Assembly: GCF_006345805.1 (NCBI RefSeq)
Contig: NC_043008.1
Span: forward strand, 50,096,001-50,160,000
DNA: 64,000 bases
From: Octopus sinensis
Taxonomy: Eukaryota
Reading direction: 5' to 3'
Made by a program: the position numbers and the translations under genes. Positions 38,294-52,637 of this stretch are shown piece after piece. Position 1 is the first letter of the stretch. Every line of letters begins with the position of its first letter. The notes beneath the pieces were generated by a model. That model was given only the letters and a program-made list of their open reading frames with translations, made no database searches and was not told the origin of the DNA.

Positions 38294-39167
38294 CACACAC
38301 CCATAATTATGTGTGTGTGTGTTTGCGTGTGTGCGCCTGTGTGATTGTTTAAGCAAGTACTTTTGTGTGTGTGTGTACGTGTGCATGTCTCTCTCTCTCT
38401 CTCTCTCTCTCTTTATATATATATATATATAAATAATATGTATATGAACAAGTGTGCCCATCTACCCATACATCTCCCTTTTAATTCTACCCTATGCATA
38501 TATTTGCATCTTTCTTTCCTACCTAGAAACAGAATTTTCCATAGCCATCAACATAAACTTTTGCACTCATAACGCCTGTATGTTCTGAAAATGTAACTTT
38601 CCCAAAAGCCAAAGGATGTTATCCTGGGACTCAAGTAAGAGTCCACCACATCATATAGCAGAAACGGCTGTAAGTGAATGAAGTTCATTACATAACATTT
38701 GGTTTTTTCCAGTGTCATCTCTTGATTTCTGTTACCATTCTATACTCATATAATAACATTGTATTCTGGACCATACGTATATTGAGTTCTACACCAGGTT
38801 ATTAGTTTTGTTATGCCTAAGCAAAATATTAAAATTTATATATTCGGTTATTATGTGAAAGGAGAGTTATAAAATCCAGGTAGTTACCTCAAAATTACTT
38901 CATCATCATCATTATTATTTAATGTCCATCTTCTAAGCTGGCAGAGGTTGGAAGGTTTGACGAGGTCAGATGGGTCCAAGGACTGCATCATGTTCTACTA
39001 TCTGTTTTATTTGTATCCATGATTGTATATTTTTCACCATATTGAAAAATGTATATAACCCGTCAGTTGTAGAAAAGAGTCATACCTCTAGAATAAGTGT
39101 GATACCAATATTGCCATTCTCTTACCTGTTGTGCGTGAGTGTGCTGTTAATATTAATTGCTACATAA

Positions 39168-39604
39168 GGTGGCAAACTGGCAAAAACATTAGAATGCTGG
39201 GCAAAATGCTTAGCAGTATTTCATCTGTCTTTACGTTCTGAGTTCAAATTTCCGCTGAGGTCAACTTTGCCTTTCATCCTTCGGAGTTGATAAATTAAGT
39301 ACCCACTGCGTACTGAGGTCGATCTAATTGACTGGCCCCCTCCCCAAAATTTCAGGCCTTGTGCCTAGAGTAGAGAAGAATATTAATTGCTACATAAAAT
39401 GTGAGCCGGCAGAATTGTTAGCAGGCTGGGCAAAATGCTTGGCGGCATTTTGTCAAGGTGTTCTGAGTTCAAATTCCACTGAGGTTGATTTTGCCGTTCA
39501 TCCTCTCAAGGTCGATAAAATAAGTACCAGTTGAGTACTGGGGTCGATGTAATTGACTTTTCCCCTCCCCCCAAATTGGCGGCCTTGTGCCAAAATTTGA
39601 AACC
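39168..39604 (+). mobile_element. Two tandem short-tail Meta/MESC-like SINEs sharing one target site
   Basis: Target AATATTAATTGCTAC(ATAA) present three times: 39149, 39379 and (one mismatch) 39605. Confidence 0.85.
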
Positions 39605-42070
39605 AATACTAATTGCTACTGCTTAGATGACAGACACATTTTTCAATAAAGTCATTTGATATTTTGTACAGATAGAAATAGCACATACATTCTTGATGTT
39701 TAATTATGGAATTTTAATTATTGAATTTTGGGCAAGTGTTTCTACTATAGCTTCTACTCAAGCCTTGTGATTGGGTGTGGTAGACAGAAACTGAAAGAAG
39801 CCCACCATGTGTGTGTACATACATACATACATACATACATACGTACATATTTATTTGTGTGTGTGTTTGTGTGTGTCCACCATTGCTTAACAACCAATGC
39901 TGGTGCATTTAAGTCCACACACCTTAGTGGTTCAGTAAAGAGACCAATAGGATAAGTACTAGGTTTACAAAGAATAAGTCCTGGTGGGGTCGATTTCTTC
40001 AACTGAAACCCTTTAAGGTGGTGTTCCAGCATGGCTGCAGTCCAATGACTGAAACAAGTGAAAGGGTTGAGTAAAGTAACACTGGTTGTGAAGCAGTAGT
40101 ACAAGACAAACATAGAGACACACACACTCACGAACTTCTGTAAGTTTACATATACCAAATCCACTTAGAAAACATTAGCCAATCTAGGGCTATGTATAAT
40201 AGAAGGTGCTACAGAATGGGACTGAAACCACAATGGCATGGTTGGGAAGCAAGCTTGTTAATCAAACAGCCATGCATGAACTTAAATGCAGGTAACAAAT
40301 ATTATAATTTCACTTCTCGTTTTAAATTCCTTCAAGTTCATACAAATTAATGAATAAAATCACTATTAATTTTCAAAATGAAAATACCATGGCTGGGTGG
40401 TTAAGAAGGTTGCTTTGCAGCCATGTGGTTTCAGGTTCAATTTCACTGTGCGACACCTTGGGTTAAAGTGTTCTATTATAGCCCTGAGACAACCAATACC
40501 TTGTGAAGGTATTTAATAGGCAGAAACTGAATCCAAGCTTTGTGTGTGTGTGTGTGTGACCACCACCACTGCTAGTCTGATTACTTAGTCTGATAACTTA
40601 GTGGTTTGGCAAAAGAGACTGACATAATATGTACCAGACTTAAAAAGAATAAGTATTAGAGTTGAAGTGTTCAGCTAAACAAGTAGTGCTCCAGCAGGGC
40701 TGCTGTCCAATAACTAAAACAATTAAAAGATAAAAGATCAAATCAAATTAAAATGAAAACAAATGTCATTTGCATATTTCTAGTAAATATGTTACCAATA
40801 ATAATAATAATAATAAAAGTTTCTAATTTAGGCCCTGGTAAGTAACTTTTGAAGGGAAAGTATTAGCTGACACAATTGACCCCAGTAACTGACTGGTACT
40901 TTATTTTATTGACACTGGAGTAATGAAAGGTAAAGGAATTTGAACTTAGAACATAAAGAATTAGAAGAAATACCACAAAACTTTTTTTTTTACCAATACT
41001 CTAACAAATCTGTCAATCCACCACCAACAATAATATTATTTATTAATTATAGATATATAATTAATGATAAATAATGCTACCAACACTGTCAAGACTTTGT
41101 CCCCATCATTATCTGTCAGGTGACTTAGCATGCCAAGTGAAATGCTTAGTGATATTTCATCTGTCTTTACGTTCTGAGTTCAAATTCCACTGAGGTCGAC
41201 TTCGCCTTTCATCCTTTCGGGGTCGATAAATTAAGTACCAGTAGAATACTGGGGTTGATCTAATCGACTGGCCCACCCCTCCCCAAAAACTTACGATCTT
41301 GTGCCTATCATGTGACAGGTTACACTAATTAAAATATAGCAACTAAGGGAGGTAAATCCAATAAGTTTAGAGTTACTTCCCTATGGGGGATGGACAAACA
41401 AAGACTGAGACACACTGCCATTTATATTAATACATATTTAACCAAGTAGTGGTTCGTTATATTCTCACTGGTAGAGGATATAAGATGCTGCAGATTCTTT
41501 ACACAACTGATTAACAACATTGGTCTGATCAATAGTGTCTGACGTTCAGCTTAACCTATTTGTTACCATATTTCTGTTGAAATACACTACCTTAGTTTCA
41601 ATTGATTTTGGAAATACTAAAAGAATTTAGTAAAATAACTGTCGCTATTAAGCTGGTGTGGTGGTGGGGGCATAAATTAATAGAAAATTTTGATGCAGTT
41701 TTATCTCAGATCACTTTAACCACAAAATGAAATTTCGTGGTCATTCTAGTAATGATGTTAAATACCTACCAAAAAATAAAATTGGTCTTTTCTGCAAGTC
41801 ACATTGCCTCAATAAACTTGGCATATTGTCAACGAAAATAGTTTCAAAAATGGCATTCTTCAATAAAACAGACTGATATAAAAAAAAAAATTTTTTTAAC
41901 TGCTTTCTACAGTCAAGGGTAATTAAATTTGGATGGATACTTCTGATTTCCACAGTAAAAGGGTTAAAAGTTAAAACAGGAAATCTGTATCTTAGAATCA
42001 AAGGTCAGTCCCATTGCTGGTACAGCTTTAAATTATCTTTGTTTAGGTTATTTTGTGTAGATTTCAGCAG

Positions 42071-42105
<35 letters not shown>

Positions 42106-43901
42106 CTTTTATATCTGCTTTTCCATGCTGACATGGTTGGATGGGTTGTCACACTTCAAATCAGTTCTTATTCAGAGTTACTGCCCTCTTCTGTCAGTGT
42201 TACTGCTCTCTTTAGACAGATAAGGAACATATTTTGCTAATACTCTCCATTTTTGGCATGGTTTCTGTAGCTAGATGCCCTTTCTAATAGCAACCACTTA
42301 ACAGGATGATCTGTGGGTATTTTATCATGGCACTTTGACTAGAGAGGTTGTTTTGTCCCTATCAAGAATAAGGAGCCTTTCCCCCACATCAGAGGCTGCT
42401 CTCATTCCTGGCAAGACCAAAAAGATTCCTGTTTCCTGTTCTTCTCTTTCTTTCCCACACATTTGGATGGGAAGATAACTAAAGCAAGGGGCTGATAGAA
42501 GTAAAAGAAAAGAACCAGTGAGAAAGGAGCATGCAAGTAATAGAAGAGAAAGTAATGGAAAAGGGAAAGTGATAGACAGCTATATGACAATTGTTGGTAA
42601 AGAGATTGAATAAAACAGCTTCAGCATAGTAATGGAAAAAAGATAGATCATAAGAGGGAGATATGTAATTGTCAGTATTTACATTCATTTTCCAGGGTTG
42701 CATAAGTCAGATGATTGACACAATTTCAGTCAATTCCCATTCAGAGTTACTGCCCTTTTAGACAAGTCAGAGAACTTCTCACATGCGCATTCCATTTTTG
42801 GAGGGGTTTTACATGGGTGGCTACCCCTTCAAATACTGAACACTTTACAAAGTGTATTGGGTGCATTTCATTGTGGCACGAACACTACAGAAGTTGCTTT
42901 GTCCCATGCAAGACTAACAAATCCTCTCTATTTTGCAAAGTCTCCACTCTCCTCAAGGCAAATGTAACCAAGAGTATAGAAGAAGAGTGATGGTCAAATG
43001 TGTGAAAGAGGGGAAAATATGAGTGTGACAGGGGAAAGAAAGTGATGGAAAGGTAGGAGAGGAGGAAAAGATGAGGCAGTGATAACTGCACATTGGTAGG
43101 AAGTTAAACAGCAAACAATGATGTAGCATAGCAAGAAAGAACAACAGAGATGGTGATGATAGGAATGATAAATGTCAAGAGTTGCTTGGGAAAGGATAGG
43201 AATGGGAGGATGAATGGTTGAAGGTGATAGAAGAGGATTGGAGATTCAACACAAGTATTGACAGCATACACTAGGCAAGAATCCAGTGATATAGATTCCA
43301 ACCATTACCATAAACACACACGTGCACACTTATATTAATGAAATACAGAAAACATTTGGTATTTTAAGCTTTATAAAGCATACACATGTTTTGATAATGC
43401 AAGTGCTAGGATTACACAATTATCTGATTAAAATATATAATCTAATCAAAGTACCACATCAGTGCTTTGGTAAAAATACAAAGTACAGTGTTAAGTTTGC
43501 TCAATATAAATCAATATATATTTGGCTTCAGTCACAGGACTAAATCTATGCTGTTTACCACTTTTCAAGGTTTTTAGTTGATCATACTCTGCAAGTTTCT
43601 TCCACATGATATTTTTTCAGTGTTGAACCCAAAACAGGAATTCAACAGATTTAACTTTAAGCCTTGGGCTAGATACTGAGATGATGGCAAAACAGATAAA
43701 CATGGTATGTTAAGAGATACAGATCTGAGAATTTCAGAAGTCCATTAAAAGATCTTTTTATCAAATGTGCAAAAGATTAACATTTTTTTTAAAAATCTAA
43801 TTGGCAGAATTTATAAAGTGGCTCAATGGGCAAAGTATCATAAATGACGTTTTGATATGTGCCAGCACGATACTCTCAAATTCTCTCTCCATCTATTTAT
43901 T

Positions 43902-43957
<56 letters not shown>

Positions 43958-44712
43958 CACACACATACACACAATTATGTATACACACATGTGCACACGC
44001 TAACCTTGCATGAATCTATTAAACATGTTTTGAGTTCTATTTTTCCTGTTTGTATTACCAAACCAAAGAATTAACAAATATATTTCCTTAGAAATAAAAG
44101 TATTCAAAATAATGAGAGATATTTTCACCTCAACATTAGAGTGTTAATAAACCTGTCACTCATAATATGACATTAGGTATTTGTATTCTGGACGCTGCTG
44201 CTTCTTCCACACGATATTTTCCCAGGGTTGAGCCCTAAAAAGACTGGGTCTCATAAATTTAACTTCAAATCAACATGAGTGCCAGGTTTCATTTTGAGGT
44301 AATGACAGAGCTGATAAGATGAGAAGGAACTGAGAACCGTGGAAGCCAGTACAGAGGATATTTCCTCCAGCCCAACCCTATCCACAGGCTATCTTAACAA
44401 GTAAGACCAATAGCCATTACTTCAAATATTCCAACTATCTTGAAAACATATGGCAGTGAGAGAGCTCTTGGGTGACCATTTGTGCAGTCTTGACAAGAGT
44501 GTAGTCAGATGTGACTGCTAAATTATAGTTTAGGCAACATGACATGCAGTGCAGTAACTCTGAAATTCTGCATGAGTAGACAAAGAAGCTACAGGGAAAA
44601 CAACAGGAATGAAAAACTTTGCAGAGAGGAAATGTGTATCCGAAATCCAGAGCAAAGGCAACCTGTTGAGGAGAGCAGTAACTCAGATTAAAAATGATGA
44701 CAAGACATTTAT

Positions 44713-45195
44713 AGGCGCAGGAGTTTGCTGTGTGGTAAGTAGCTTGCTTACCAACCACATGGTTTCGGGTTCAATCCCACTGCGTGGCACCTTGGGCAAG
44801 TGTCTTCTACTATAGCCTCGGGCTGACCAAAGCCTTGTGAGTGGATTTGGTAGACAGAAACTGAAAGAAGCCCGTCGTATAATATATATATATGCAAGTG
44901 TCTTCTACTATAGCCTCGGGCTGACCAAAGCCTTGTGAGTGGATTTGGTAGACAGAAACTGAAAGAAGCCCGTCGTATAATATATATATATTGTATGTCT
45001 GTGTTTGTCCCCCCAACATCGCTTGACAACTGATGCTGGTGTGTTTACGTCCCTGTAACTTAGCGGTTCGGCAAAAGAGACCAATAGAATAAGTACTAGG
45101 GTTACAAAGAATAAGTCTTGGGGGTCGATTTGCTCGACTAAAGGCGGTGCTCCAGCATGGCCGCAGTCAAATGATTGAAATAAGTAATGGAGTAA
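44713..45195 (+). mobile_element. CORE-like SINE with an exact internal 98-bp tandem duplication
   Basis: 44796-44893 is repeated at 44894-44991. Confidence 0.9.
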
Positions 45196-45539
45196 GACAC
45201 ATTAGTCCAGAAATAGAGAGACTCTCTCTCATATTAGTGGTATAATAAAATACACCCAGTTCACACTGTGAACTGATTGGTAATAATGATTTGCACAAAG
45301 TTTGATGACATTGGAATTAATTAACAAGAGGTGCACGAAGTAGTGTAGAGTGAAATATATGTGTGTAGAATCAGATTTAACATGATCATGTACACTTGGA
45401 CATGGGAAGACATTTTGCTGTGGAAATAGTCTCAGGAGAAAATTCTTCTCATAGACAATGTGCATGAGAACACATCATTGGGCTTTGATTGACATTGTTG
45501 GATCATAGGATGCATTCTTACTATTTGCAGTTTTTATAA

Positions 45540-45830
45540 CGAGGTCATTGCCAGTGCTGCTGGACTGGCTCCTGGTCAGGTGGCATGTAAAAAACACCAT
45601 TTGAGCGTGGCCGTTGCCAGTACCACCTGACTGGCCCTCGTGCCAGTAGCACGTAAAAGCACCCACTACACTCTCGAAGTGGTTGCCATTAGGAAAGGCA
45701 TCCAGCTGTAGAAACTCTGCCAGATCAGATTGGAGCCTGGTGCAGCCATCTGGTTCGCCAGTCCTCAGTCAAATCGTCCAACCCATGCCAGCATGGAAAG
45801 CGGACATAAGCGATGATGATGATGATGATG
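45540..45830 (+). mobile_element. (GAT)n-tail SINE-like repeat
   Basis: Same family as 12783 and 25574. Confidence 0.85.
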
Positions 45831-47044
45831 ATATATAAGAACAACTTGCTTAGAGCTGACCAGGAGCAAAGCAGCAACAAAAATTCTTGATACTAATAAA
45901 GTCATAGCAGCCCCAGTTTGGAAACTAAACAAGGAGTATAGTAGATACAGAGAGCGGCCTAGTAGAATACACATGCTCCCCACTCCAAACCCAAATGCAA
46001 AAGAAATGATGTTTAGCCCCAAACCAGCCTTGATCAAGCAGACCTACAATCAAAAGCAGTCTTTTATTCAAATGCAGTTCCTTATTTAATGTAATTATTA
46101 TTTCTAGGATGGTAGAGTCTGATTTCAGGATTTGGTTGGTATTTCTAGCAGGCTGAGCAAATTTTTACAAATTCACTTATGACCACACAACAACAGATGT
46201 TCCAGCTGCAACCACTTTTTTGTATAACAGAGACTACATTGGCCCATCAACTCTTCTTTATTTAAGACAACAGGATATGATTTCAGAGAGAGTTGGCTGC
46301 TGTTTCTAGCAGATTAAATAACAACAAAGAATCTTCCTCCTTCCCATAAGAAATGAGTTTACATATAAATAGGGGAAAATGTAGACATGATGATATCACT
46401 TAATAAATTTTTAACTCAGCTGTTATATCTCGAACACTATGTCATGCAAACTCTAAATGCTAACCATTAGACCAGGACTCAACAATGAACACTTTTGGGG
46501 TTGCTCATTGTTAAACCTACTAGAAACAGCAGCCAAACCATCCTCAAATCACATCTTATTGCAAGTGAGTTATGTGAAAAAAATGAAATGGTTACAATGA
46601 GAATGTCTTTTAAGATAAGTCCGCTCAATCGTATTTGATTTGATTGAGCAGACTTTGTATTTAGCAGGTGCTGAGCCAAAAGTTAACCCTGCTCAATCAG
46701 GACTTACCCAAGGCTAAACATCCTTTCTTATGTATGTAAGATTTGAAGTAGGGAGCGTTTATGTAACCTGCTAGGTCCGTCATTGCATCTACTATACTCA
46801 TTGTTTAGTTCCAAAACTGTGTTGTTATCATTCTGACCCCTTAGTATTTAAGCTGGCCAAACCCAGTTCAAATCTACCTGTTCTATGTTCAAAGCAGCCA
46901 GATTTGGCCTCTTATACCTATCATACAATGTCCTTGTGAAAATAAATAATCACATCACTGAACTAAAGCCATGAGATAATGCATGATTAATTCACAACAA
47001 TAGGAATAAATAACTATGACATTTTACAGAGTAATCTGAATGCT

Positions 47045-47359
47045 TGTGGTGGCACAATGGCCCAGTGGTTAGGGCAGCAGACTTGCAGTCGGAGGATCGC
47101 GGTTTCGATTCCCAGACCAGGCGTTGTATGTGTTTATTGAGCAAAAACACCTAAAGCTCCACAAGACTCTGGCAGGAGGGTGGCGACCCCTGTTGTACTC
47201 TTTTGCCCCAAACTTTCTCTCACTCTCTCTTCCGTTTCTTGAGTAACACTGCAATGGACTGGCGTCCTGTCCAGCTGGGGGGGAACACATACACCACAGA
47301 AACCGGGAAACCGGGCCCATGAGCCTGGATAGGCTTGAAAAGAGCACATAAATAAATAA
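47045..47359 (+). mobile_element. tRNA-headed SINE nested in a TTAA-type MITE
   Basis: A box TGGCCCAGTGG, B box GGTTTCGATTCC, (TAAA)n tail; 12-bp TSD AATCTGAATGCT (47033-47044, 47360-47371). Confidence 0.88.
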
Positions 47360-47684
47360 AATCTGAATGCTAAAGAGTTAATTACCAATTACTATTTTAT
47401 TAATTACCATGAACCAAAACTGAGTGATCCAGAAAGTAAACCAAGAAGCCCAGAAACCGGGTTCCACTACCTGTTCTACTTATTTCACTTCAGTGGAGGA
47501 AATCATAAGCAATACATTTTATCATTCCTTTTCTAATTCCAAAACTCTTACCCATGTGTATTAAATCAAATTTCATGCTCTCTTCTGTTAATGAGATTTT
47601 TCTCTGAAACAGTGCCACTGGCTCTTCAACAAGAAGAAACCCAATTTAAAACTCAAAAAGAAAAAAAAAATTTTTTAAACGTAT

Positions 47685-48108
47685 AGGAGTAGCAGTGGCT
47701 GTGTGGTAGGTAGCTTGCTTACGAACCACATGGTTCCAGGTTCAGTCCCACTACATGGCACCTTGGGCAAGTGTCTTCTACTAAAGCCTCAGGCCGACCA
47801 AAGCCTTGTGAGTGGATTTGGTAGACAGAAACTGAAAGAAGCCCATCATATATGTATATATATATATATATATATATGTATGCGTGTGTGTTTGTATGTC
47901 TGTGTTTGTTCCCCCAACATCACTTGACAACCGATGCTGGTGTGTTTACGTGCCCATAACTTAGCAGTTCGGCAAAAGAGTTCAATAGAATAAGTACTAG
48001 GCTTACAAAAAATAAATCCTGGGGTCGATTTACTTGACTAAAGGTAGTGTTCCAGCATGGCCACAGTCAAATGACTGAAACAAGTAAAAGAGTAAAAGAG
48101 AGTAAAGA
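47685..48108 (+). mobile_element. CORE-like tRNA SINE
   Basis: Full-length match to the 33964/44713 family; (AGTAAAAG)n tail. Confidence 0.88.
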
Positions 48109-48875
48109 GTTTTTTTTTGTTTTTGTTTTTTAATTCTACCTACACAGGTACAAACCACATATCTTTAGGGACAAAGCATGGTTGAGTGGTTAAGAAGATC
48201 ACTTTGCAAACCACATGGCTTTGAGTTCAGTCCCACTGCACAGTGCCTTGGGTAAGTATTTTCTGCTAAAGACCCAAGTTGATCAATGCCTTCAAAATGA
48301 ATTCTCTGGGTGGACACTGTAAAAGCCTGTCATATACGTGTGCATGTGTGTGGGTATATGTATGAGTGGGTGTTTCTTTGTTACCAGTTAAGAGAGTCTG
48401 GTGTTTTTGCTGTCCCAGATTAATACTTGTAATAACCATATCACACACACATAACAAGAGAGAGTGTGAGAGATGCTTATGTAATTTGTATTTTAATTAA
48501 TCTGATAAGATTGTCACAAGATAGTAAAACTGTGTATTGTGTGCATGTAATATATATATATATATACATACACATAGGCATTATACATGGTCATTTATTG
48601 AAATTAAACTAGGAGTTTGTCTTGCATACGCATGCACATATATACATATTAGGCACAGGCATGGCCGTGTGGTTTGCTTCCTAAGCATTCAACTTTGGGT
48701 TCAGTGCCACTGCCCGACAACACCTTGGCCATGAGTTTTCTGCTAGAGACTAGGGCTGACTAAATCTTTGAGTGGATGTGGTAGATAGATACTTTAAGAA
48801 ACCCATTGTAGATATGTGTTGGGGAGAGGGACAGCCTTGGTGGGCAAGAGTATTTGTGTTGCTTTTATCTTGATA

Positions 48876-49267
48876 CTAGCAGTATCGCCCGGCGTTGCTC
48901 GGGTTTGTTTCGACCCTTTAGAACTGGAATTTTTGAAAAGTAAAAATTTTGCATATGTAGCTTGTTATTCTCTTTAAGTGAACATTTTTCTGGTTGAAAT
49001 ACACCGAAAAATGGCGACACAGCAGTCAAAAAATCGTAAAAAAATAGGGATTTTCATAGAAAAAAAGCATGTTTTTGATGTAAATAATTTTTGGTGTTAA
49101 CATGGTCCAATTTGAATTTTTTCTTCTACGGAAGGAAGAGCAAGGCTTCTTCCATCATACTCTCAATTTTGGTCAACTTGCGCCGCAGGGTCTCGGAGGA
49201 GACAGTGTTTGTTGAAGGCTACCAAACCTGCCATACACAGACAGCTTCAGCTTTATACATATAGAGA
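48876..49267 (-). mobile_element. Non-autonomous Helitron
   Basis: Minus strand A|TC...CCCGAGCAACGCCGGG hairpin...CTAG|T with no TSD; removing it restores the host SINE (cttgata|ttgcaag). Confidence 0.85.
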
Positions 49268-52053
49268 TTGCAAGATGTTTATAAACGAGCAGCACCGTCA
49301 TACAAGTGGTGTCGTTTGTTTCCAATCTTCCATTAAAATATGTCCGACTTTGGGAGAAACAGTACCTTTCTTGGAAACAGATAAAAGTTGGCGACAGGAA
49401 GGGCATCTGGTCATGGGAAATCTGCCTCAAGGAGTCTACTTTGATCCATGCAAGCGTGGGAAAGAGAGCGGTAAAACAATGATGGTGATATATGAAACAC
49501 ATGCGTTGAACGTATCACATTCTTGCTTGTATAACCTCAGGTGTACACTGACAAAGTGTTCAATAAATAGCAACTAAGTTAGGCTATATATTTTCAGTCA
49601 AAGCTAACGATTTGCTCGTCTCTTTGATGTTTCTCGCTGTATTGGCTCCTTCGGGTGACATGATTATTTTTTTTGTCGCCTGGAGGAACATAACGTCGGG
49701 TTGATATCAACAGCTTCAAACGATAAATTTACCCCCACCCATGAAGCAAAGGGTTCTCTCTCTCTCTCTGGTTTGTACACCCAAATACACTTACATATAG
49801 AATAATATAACAAACCCTCGACTGGGGCAACAACCACGGCCTCAAGCACTATTCACAACGCAAGGATTAGATGAAGACACCAACGTAACTGTACCGTGAG
49901 ATCAAACCGAAAAAAAGCGAACTTCTAAACTTATAAGGAAGTCTCTACGTAATAACTCGACCTGCTGGAAACAATAGCCAAATCTTTCTTAAGTCACACC
50001 CTACTACTTAAAAACAGGATACGTTTGTCAATGTCGTCACAGATGCCCATGGTTTTTCCTGGCAGCTGTCAACGTGCCAAGTGTTTACGAAAAACATTAA
50101 CCACATCGATATGACCGGTCCCGGAAGGGAAACCCCTTTCTCTAGGACAAAACAAAAGCAAACAAACAAAAAAACGAAAAGAAAAAGAGGAAAGAAATTC
50201 ACACGTCACATACACATAGATTGCAGAAGTCATAGACGAGAGGTTTAAAAGTTCGCTTCCCGATCACGAGGGTGTGACGTCTTCAAGTAAATTTTCCATT
50301 GATCGTGGGCCGACCAAAGCCTTATTAAATGAAATCGGCTACGCAGAAACTTGTGTTGAAGCCCGTTCGATGAACTGTACATATAAGGGTCGATCTTGCC
50401 ACGTCGATTCTATATAAAGGCTACGCTAAGGTTACAGTGGTCTGCGGAGTACTCAGCCACTAAATAATTCAATGAACAGCCAATCCAGTTTATTGAACAG
50501 CTGGAATTGTTAATCATCGTCGAAACCGACGGAAAACTGTATTTACTCTTTTACTTTACTTAATAGTAACTAGACATACACCACAAATGCCACATAAACA
50601 CATACGAAGAGGAAGCTAGACCTCGATGGTATAAGAAGCACCACCTAACTGTTTTAAAAGCAACGGATACACCAAAAAAATTAGCCTCAAATAGACAGAG
50701 GTAGGCAAGGCTGGAACGACTGTGATCACAAATATGTTCGATCAGAACAAACCAGGAGCTAAACAACATACATACAACAAAGGGTGTATATTATCATTTT
50801 TAAGCTAGAATGAAAATTATGAATTGACTGCATTTTTAACAAGCCCCAAATTTTTTAATTGAGTCCCTAATACACAAAAACAGACAGGGCTGAAAAGATT
50901 GATCGTGTAATATATGATCGAACAGAACACACCTGGGGCTAAACAACGTATAAATAAAACACACAACACAGAATGTATGTGATTATTTTTAAAGCTAGAA
51001 TGTGAATGAAGAAACGATTGTCGTCTCTTCCATGAACGACACCTTAGAAAGTCGGTGAAGTATGTGAGCGATCTAACGACCAGTAACAGCTGCCAACCGG
51101 TGATTGTAGACACAACAACGATGATAATAAGTCAGGTACCCTGGCTTAACAGGGATTAAAAAGGAGTTAGTTGAGAGGTGAGGATGTCAGAGGTGGCTGC
51201 ATCACCACCAACCACCAACCACCCCAACATTAAATAAATCAGTTCACAGAGACATCGATTAGATCTTGTGATGTTTCGTTCTACAGACTTCCTGAAACTA
51301 CATAACACAACGCGCACACACACATACACGCTCACCCATTTGTATATCTACGTGTGTATATATATATATACACACACACATCCTGTATAACACATGTGAA
51401 CACAAATCGTGTCCACTCATAAGTGTATATACGGGTTTGTAAGTGTATATACGGGTTTGTATATACACATATACGCATAAATGCATATACATACGCTACG
51501 CGTACAATGTATATACATGCGTGTACACACGTGTCCATTTCTATTTATAATATATATACACACATTCACATGTGCGCGTCCAATACTATAAATACATACA
51601 TATATATATATATATATATACATATATACACACACACAGACCGGACCACCAAAGGTGTCTGCACCCGTCTGCAGAAATAGCAGCCAAATCTCTGTCAAAT
51701 CACTGAAAGATCACATCGGATAGTCTGGAGGAGTACTAGATGGATTGGTCACGGTTGAGATATCTTTGATCTTACGTGTTTCCTTGATTAAAACTCTCTT
51801 GGGGGGCTAAACAAACATATACAAACATAGGTACACATGGGTATATAAAAGTTATTTAATGAGAACAGCTTTGAAGTTAAAAACCTGATTAAAAACACAA
51901 AAGTTTCTTGTGATCGGGAAGAAGGAACGATTCGAAACTTTATCGAAAATAAACATAAATACAATCATAAATAATCTTTCACTGGTTTTCATTCAATTAG
52001 GGGCATTTCAAATATACAAAAACGTGTATGTATGTATAGATAGATAGATAGAT

Positions 52054-52088
<35 letters not shown>

Positions 52089-52313
52089 TTGATATATATA
52101 TATATATATATAAACGAATTGATATATATTTATATATCAATTCCTTTACACACACACACACACACATATGTGGTGTATATAAGTATTTGTCAGTTTATTT
52201 TACGTACGATCACAGTATATATATACACATATATATACAAATATATATACAAATATATACACAGTATATATGTATATAAATATACACATACACACTATAT
52301 ATATATACACACA

Positions 52314-52350
<37 letters not shown>

Positions 52351-52589
52351 TCAGTGTATATCCACAGGTACTCACCCACACACATACATATAGATCTGTC
52401 CAATATATATATATATATACAATATATATATATATACACACAGTATATATGTATATAAATATACACATACACTATATATATATCAGTATATATATATCCA
52501 CATCCACACGTACTCACACACACACATATATATAGATCTGTCCAATATATATATATATATATATATGAATAGAAAGTTCTCCAACTTAC

Positions 52590-52637
52590 CAGGGTCTGTT
52601 CATATCCAAAGTTATTACCACCACCTTCAGTCGCCAT
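52590..52637 (-). CDS. First coding exon of an unidentified multi-exon gene ([16 protein letters not shown], phase-0 donor)
   Basis: Minus strand reads aagATGGCG ACT GAA GGT GGT GGT AAT AAC TTT GGA TAT GAA CAG ACC CTG|gtaagt. It has a strong start context and a consensus donor, is a unique island among simple repeats, and lies on the CpG-retaining side, ~4 kb from the CpG transition. Confidence 0.75.

Noticed and set aside
47047-47120. tRNA-like sequence (also at 31993, 44713 and 4621)
   Set aside because: These are SINE heads followed by SINE bodies and tails (with a TSD at 47045); no complete cloverleaf is evident.
47552-47603. 52-nt pseudo-exon RKISLTEESMKFDLIHM (phase 0->1)
   Set aside because: Splice sites are plausible, but it is isolated, AT-rich and not phase-compatible with exon A; such matches are expected by chance in 43 kb.
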